From positions 1 to 64,000 of the forward strand of contig CAVVCZ010000001.1 in NCBI GenBank assembly GCA_963746845.1: a stretch of DNA of 64,000 nucleotides. Direction: 5' to 3'. Below, piece after piece: positions 59,551 through 64,000 of this stretch. The notes below the pieces were generated by a model. It was given only the letters and a program-made list of their open reading frames with translations. It ran no database searches and was not told the origin of the DNA. The DNA is from an uncultured Chloroflexia bacterium (GTDB lineage Bacteria > Chloroflexota > Limnocylindria > Limnocylindrales > CSP1-4). Numbering within the stretch: position 1 is the stretch's first letter; the number at the start of each line of letters is the position of its first letter. Made by a program: the position numbers and the translations under genes.

Positions 59551-60201
59551 GTGACCAAGCACGATGCGGACCGGAAGGTCAGGATCCTGGACTACATCGC
59601 AGCGACGCTGCGCGCACGGGGCTATCCGCCGTCGGTCCGGGAGATCGCGAAGGCCGTCGGCCTCGCATCCACGTCCGCCGTCCACCACCATCTCCTGATC
59701 CTCGAGCGGGACGGCTACCTCGAGCGCGGCGCTGCCCAGTCGCGCGCCATCCGCCTCACGCCATACGCGGCGATCCGGCTCGGACTCGCGGCCGAGCTGG
59801 TCCCCCAGGCGGTCACGATGGAGGCGCATGTCCTCCCCGTCGTCGGCGAGATCGCCGCCGGCGGACCGATCGAGGCCTACCAGGACGCGTCGGAGACGAT
59901 CGGCATCCCGGACATGCTCGCGCCCTCGGGTGACGCATACGTCCTCAAGGTCCGCGGCGACTCGATGATCGAGGCCCACATCGCGGACGGGGACTTCGTC
60001 CTCATCCGGCCACAGTCCACCGCCCGGAACGGCGACATCGTCGTGGCCCAGGTGGAGGAGAACGCGGTCACCCTGAAGCGGTTCTTCAAGGAGAAGGACA
60101 AGATCCGGCTCCAGCCGGCGAACCCGGCCTACCCGGCCATGTTCTACGACGATGTCCGCATCCAGGGCAAGCTGATCGGCGTGATTCGGCGGCTCGACTA
60201 G
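59551..60201 (+). CDS. lexA: SOS repressor LexA
   Basis: AAGGAGG RBS. Motifs GYPPSVREI, IAAGGPI (Ala-Gly cleavage), VRGDSM and TLKRF. Confidence 0.96.
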   Translation: MTKHDADRKVRILDYIAATLRARGYPPSVREIAKAVGLASTSAVHHHLLILERDGYLERGAAQSRAIRLTPYAAIRLGLAAELVPQAVTMEAHVLPVVGEIAAGGPIEAYQDASETIGIPDMLAPSGDAYVLKVRGDSMIEAHIADGDFVLIRPQSTARNGDIVVAQVEENAVTLKRFFKEKDKIRLQPANPAYPAMFYDDVRIQGKLIGVIRRLD

Positions 60202-60234
60202 CGGCTGCCGCGACGAACGCCGTCCGGCTCGCAT

Positions 60235-60301
60235 CCGTCCACAGAGTTTCCACATCGGGCTAACCGGCGGCCCGGATTCGGTGGACGAACTTCGGGGACA
60301 A
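60235..60301. promoter_or_regulatory. Cluster of degenerate DnaA boxes upstream of dnaB
   Basis: CCGTCCACA, GTTTCCACA, TCGTCCACC (minus) and TTGTCCCCG (minus). Confidence 0.45.
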
Positions 60302-60368
60302 CTCCCTACCGGGCACAGGCATGTGGCCGTGACACTGAAGGTGACACGACCTGCTGCGATGTTCCGAG

Positions 60369-61724
60369 GTGCCCGTGATCGATCGACTGCCGCCCCAGAG
60401 CCTCGAGGCTGAGCAATCCGTGCTCGGCGCGATCCTCATCGACCGTGACGCGGTCGTCGAGGTGGCCGAGTTCCTCCGGCCCGCGGACTTCTACCGGCAG
60501 GCGAACGGGAAGATCTTCGAGGCCGTCCTCGAGCTGTTCGAGCGACGCGAGCCGATCGACATCGTCACCGTGTCGGAGGCGCTCGAACGGTCGGACGACC
60601 TCGAGAACGTCGGTGGGCGGGCCTACCTCTCGAGCCTGTCGAACTCCACGCCGACGGCTGTCCACGCCGTCCAGTACGCGCGCATCGTCGAGCGCAAGGC
60701 GGTCCTCCGGAACCTGATCGGCGCCGCGGGGCGGATTGCCGGCATCGGCTACGAGGACCCAGCCGAGATCCAGGAGGCGATCGACCGGGCCGAGGCGGAG
60801 CTGTTCGCGGTCAGCCAGAAGCGCATGGACGTCGGCTTCTCGAAGCTGGACTCGCTCCTCCACCAGGCGTACGACCGCCTCGACTACCTCCACGCCCACC
60901 GTGGCGAGATCAGCGGGATCCGGACCGGCTTCACGGACCTCGACGCGCTGACGACCGGGCTCCAGAAGAGCGACCTCGTGATCGTCGCGGCCCGGCCGAG
61001 CGTCGGCAAGACGAGCTTCGCGCTGAACATCGCGGAGCACGCCGCCGTTCGCGACAAGCGGAGCGTCGGCATCTTCAGCCTGGAGATGAGCAAGGAGCAG
61101 CTCGTCCTCCGACTCCTCTCGAGCGTGTCGAACATCGACAGCCAGCGGCTCCGGACCGGCTTCCTCGAGGAGCTGGACTTCGCCCGGATCGCGCCGGCGA
61201 TGAACGCGCTGTCCGAGGCGCCGATGTACATCGACGACACGCCGAACATCAGCACGATGGAGCTGCGGACGAAGGCCCGCCGCCTCCAGGCGGAGGCCGG
61301 CCTGGACCTCGTGATCGTCGACTACCTCCAGCTGATGCAGGCGCAGACCACGACCCGCGATGCGAACCGCGTCCAGGAGGTGTCGGAGATCTCGCGCGGG
61401 CTGAAGGCGCTCGCCCGCGAGCTGAGCGTCCCGGTCATCGCCCTGAGCCAGCTCAGCCGGCAGCCGGAGATGCGGGAGTCGAAGGAGCCACGGCTGTCGG
61501 ACCTGCGCGAGTCGGGCGCGATCGAGCAGGACGCCGACCTCGTCTGCTTCCTGTGGCGCGAGAAGGAGCGCGGCTCGGAGGACCAGGATCAGGAGGGCGA
61601 GGTGATCAACCTCAAGCTCGCCAAGCACCGCAACGGCCCCACGGGCGAGGTCCAGCTCTGGTTCAAGAAGCGCCAGACCCGATTCGTCTCGTACGCCGGC
61701 GAGAGGTTCGCCGAAGCCGGCTAA
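60369..61724 (+). CDS. dnaB: Replicative DNA helicase
   Basis: PPQSLEAEQSVLG, ARPSVGKT, FSLEM, DYLQLM and DLRESGAIEQDAD motifs. Confidence 0.97.
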   Translation: MPVIDRLPPQSLEAEQSVLGAILIDRDAVVEVAEFLRPADFYRQANGKIFEAVLELFERREPIDIVTVSEALERSDDLENVGGRAYLSSLSNSTPTAVHAVQYARIVERKAVLRNLIGAAGRIAGIGYEDPAEIQEAIDRAEAELFAVSQKRMDVGFSKLDSLLHQAYDRLDYLHAHRGEISGIRTGFTDLDALTTGLQKSDLVIVAARPSVGKTSFALNIAEHAAVRDKRSVGIFSLEMSKEQLVLRLLSSVSNIDSQRLRTGFLEELDFARIAPAMNALSEAPMYIDDTPNISTMELRTKARRLQAEAGLDLVIVDYLQLMQAQTTTRDANRVQEVSEISRGLKALARELSVPVIALSQLSRQPEMRESKEPRLSDLRESGAIEQDADLVCFLWREKERGSEDQDQEGEVINLKLAKHRNGPTGEVQLWFKKRQTRFVSYAGERFAEAG

Positions 61725-61730
61725 CCAGCG

Positions 61731-61859
61731 CGACTGCGTTCGTCGCGCCTGGGCGTCAAGGGCAAGGCGCGGAGGAGGACCATAAGCAAGCGCACTTCAG
61801 GTGCGTGAGCGCGGACCGCAGCCGGCAACGCCGCCATCGGCGTCCAGGCGCGACAGCCG
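61731..61859 (+). repeat. ~130-nt palindromic intergenic repeat, copy 3 (diverged)
   Basis: Shares CGACTGCGTTCGTCGCG, GGCAAGGCG, GCGCACTTCAG, GTGCGTGAGC, CGGCAACGC and GTCCAGGCGCGACAGCC with copy 1. Confidence 0.85.
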
Positions 61860-61878
61860 TCAGTCCCGCCGCCGAGCA

Positions 61879-62082
61879 TCAGCCCTCGTATTCGAAGCCG
61901 ATCTTCAGCTCGACGCGATACTCGACGATCTCGCCGTCGCGGACCTCGGCGGTCGACTTCACGACCTCGACCGTCTGGATGTTGCGGACCGTCTTCGCGG
62001 CGGTCTCAACCGCCCGGCGGGCGGCGTCGCTCCAGGAGTTCGGGCTCCGGCCAACCATCTCGCGGATGATGATGACGCCCAT
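61879..62082 (-). CDS. Dodecin family protein
   Basis: 67 aa with VGRSPNSWSDAA, KTVRNI and EYRVELKIGF. GAGGAG RBS. Confidence 0.9.
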   Translation of the reverse strand: MGVIIIREMVGRSPNSWSDAARRAVETAAKTVRNIQTVEVVKSTAEVRDGEIVEYRVELKIGFEYEG

Positions 62083-62160
62083 GTGGTCGGTCTCCTCTGC
62101 GCGGGGTGGGAGGCGCGGGCGGTCCCGCGGAGCCGTTCGAGTCTAGTCCCGGAATCGACG

Positions 62161-62183
62161 AGGCCGGCCCGTCGGGCCGGCCT
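62161..62183. terminator. 10-bp perfect hairpin
   Basis: AGGCCGGCCC-GTC-GGGCCGGCCT, downstream of the CxxC-x17-CxxC gene. Confidence 0.5.
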
Positions 62184-62236
62184 GCGTGACGGCGATGGTG
62201 GCGACGTCGTGACGGGGACGCCGCGCGATCGGGCCG

Positions 62237-62542
62237 CTAGACGTGCGCGCTCTCGGTGATCGTCCCGGCCCGCACCTTGTCGAAGCAGGTGCTGCAGTAG
62301 ACGGGTCGGTCATTGCGTGGAGCGAACGGGACGACCGCCTGCCCACCGCAGTTGCCGCAGATCGCGGCATGGAACTCCCGAGGCCCTCCGACCGTTCGGG
62401 CTCGCTTGGCAACCGCCCTGCAGGACGGGCATCGCTGCGGGTCGTTCAACAGACCCTTGCTCGAGAAGAACGTCTGTTCCCCACTGGAGAAGACGAACTC
62501 GCCTGCGCAGTCCCTGCAGGTGAGGGTTCGGTCCTGGAACAC
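62237..62542 (-). CDS. Zinc-ribbon CxxC-x17-CxxC domain protein
   Basis: FQDRTLTCRDC...EQTFF...PQRCPSCR...CGNCG...VPF...RPVYCSTCF. AGGAGG RBS. Confidence 0.9.
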   Translation of the reverse strand: MFQDRTLTCRDCAGEFVFSSGEQTFFSSKGLLNDPQRCPSCRAVAKRARTVGGPREFHAAICGNCGGQAVVPFAPRNDRPVYCSTCFDKVRAGTITESAHV

Positions 62543-62845
62543 GCTTTCCCGGTCCTCCTGGTGACGGTCCAATCGCCCCGGTCGACGTCGCGGCCCCCCG
62601 CGCCCAGACCGGCCGATCCTCGGCGCCGACAGGAGGGCTGGCACCGAGGGTCGAACCGGGTACGGACCCGGAACTCATGTGGCGGAGAATAGACGCGCCG
62701 TCAAGCGGCTTTCGAAGGTGAACATCGTGCGGAAATGCCCCTCCGCCGACGAGATTCGACGCAAACACCCAGATGCGGTCCCTGACGCCCGCACAGGAGC
62801 CCACGACGGGGTGCGCGGACGCACCGGCACATGCCCTGCGATTCG

Positions 62846-62871
62846 GGAACCGACGGGCCGATCGCGGCGTC
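62846..62871 (+). promoter_or_regulatory. Putative ECF-sigma promoter GGAACC-N16-CGTC
   Basis: Same geometry as 7262-7287. Ends 8 nt before the lipoprotein ATG. Confidence 0.45.
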
Positions 62872-62879
62872 GGGGCGCC

Positions 62880-63815
62880 ATGCCTGACCTGCCGATCCCC
62901 CTGCCCATCAGCCGCAGTGGCCTCGCCCTCGTGGCCCTCCTCCTGACCGTCGCCGGCTGCAGCTCGGCGGCGACACCGTCCACCCCCGGTCCCGCGGCCT
63001 CGGCCGCCCCGTCGAGCGCCCCGACGGCAAGCCCCGCTCCCACGGTCGGCGCGATCGATCACAAGACCGGCGCCACCGACGTGGTCCTCCGGCTCGAGGA
63101 GGGCGGCGGCTTCGTCCCGATCGACTTCCTCGCGAGCCAGGCACCGACCTTCACCCTGTACGGCAACGGCGTCGTCGTGTTCCAGCCGAGGGTCGAGACC
63201 TTCCCGGGGCCGGATGCCTCGGGCATCGTCCACGGTGTCCCGTGGCGGACGGCGAAGATGGACGAGGGCCAGATCCAGGACCTGCTCGACTTCGCCCTCG
63301 GCCAGGGTGGCCTCGGCACCGCGCGCGATGCCTACATCGACGGCGGGATCGCCGACGCGGGCAACACGATCTTCACGATCGACGCCGGCGGGGTCGACCG
63401 GACCGTCGTCGTCAACGCGCTCGCCGAAGGTGGCGGACAGGGCCCGGACGCGGCGGCTCGAGCCGCGTTCTGGCAGGTGGCCGAGCGTCTCCGTGACTTC
63501 GACCATGGCGGCTCGATCCCGACCGACACCTACCAGTCCGACCGCTACCGCGGCGTCCTGATGGAGCGCGAGGCGCAGCCTGGGGCCACCGGCATCGCCT
63601 GGCCGTGGACGACGATCAAGCCGGCCGAGTTCAATGAACAACCGCTGCCCGACGGCGGCACGAGCCTCCCGCGCCGGACCCTGTCGACCGCGGAGGTCGG
63701 TGCCCTCGGTGTCCAGGATGCGGTCGGCGGCCTCCAGAACGTCGTGCTCGCCGGCCCGAACGGGAAGACCTACACCCTGGTCGTCCGGCCGCTCCTCGCC
63801 GACGAGCCCGCGTAG
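62880..63815 (+). CDS. Hypothetical lipoprotein
   Basis: Lipobox VAGC. Motifs GGGFVP, PTFTLYGNG, IADAGNT and C-terminal VRPLLADE. Confidence 0.8.
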   Translation: MPDLPIPLPISRSGLALVALLLTVAGCSSAATPSTPGPAASAAPSSAPTASPAPTVGAIDHKTGATDVVLRLEEGGGFVPIDFLASQAPTFTLYGNGVVVFQPRVETFPGPDASGIVHGVPWRTAKMDEGQIQDLLDFALGQGGLGTARDAYIDGGIADAGNTIFTIDAGGVDRTVVVNALAEGGGQGPDAAARAAFWQVAERLRDFDHGGSIPTDTYQSDRYRGVLMEREAQPGATGIAWPWTTIKPAEFNEQPLPDGGTSLPRRTLSTAEVGALGVQDAVGGLQNVVLAGPNGKTYTLVVRPLLADEPA

Positions 63816-63911
63816 CCCGAGCGAAACCGCCACGGGGCGACCAGATAAGCCACCGGTGAGGGCCGGTCGGCACCATGCCGCGCATGGCCAACCGTCGACC
63901 GCTTCGCGTCG

Positions 63912-63995
63912 TTGACAGCCGCCGAGCGGCGTCCGTATCGTTCGCGCCGCCCGATCCGGTCACGCTCGGTCCACGAGGGAGGACGTCCACGCGTG
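63912..63995 (+). promoter_or_regulatory. Promoter and RBS of a gene starting at the window edge
   Basis: TTGACA-N18-TATCGT, GGGAGG and GTG at 63993. Confidence 0.5.
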
Positions 63996-64000
63996 CGCCG

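Noticed and set aside
60306-61628. Long antisense ORFs (also 53145-55223, 21097-23070, 31953-33281, 44789-46216 and many others)
   Set aside because: Shadow frames of high-GC genes. The opposite strand encodes clearly recognisable proteins.
60369-61724. Intein in DnaB
   Set aside because: Normal length (451 aa) with contiguous helicase motifs.

Overview
A gene-dense, very GC-rich bacterial chromosomal segment of mostly core and metabolic genes. I found no prophage, transposase, integrase or CRISPR array. Gene content suggests a monoderm lineage, and I infer Chloroflexota (Limnocylindria-like). The indicators are a PASTA Ser/Thr kinase, LigC with Prim-PolC, Gram-positive-type GAAC-N4-GTTC SOS boxes, a CxxC-x17-CxxC protein and many leaderless genes. 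Recognisable genes: ligC, a class III cyclase, rplY, an OmpR two-component pair with htrA, folC-folP-folB, pknB, galU, tRNA-Glu(TTC), tdh-kbl, argS, a folate-coupled histidine catabolic set (hutH, hutU, hutI, ftcD, fchA, folD, fhs), dinB, rplI, lexA and dnaB. The most interesting signals are non-coding or small. (1) An 89-aa gene behind dinB has its own doubly LexA-boxed promoter, and its -35 box contains the dinB stop codon. (2) A ~130-nt structured ERIC-like repeat occurs three times. (3) A candidate sRNA carries anti-Shine-Dalgarno C-rich loops and a terminator. (4) A ~190-nt nested palindrome lies upstream of dinB. (5) A structured leader has an anti-SD loop. (6) A PSET-stalk surface protein has a PPTDT sorting-like motif. 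All assignments come from motif recognition only, without database searches. Start codons were adjusted by eye where the ORF track over-extends.
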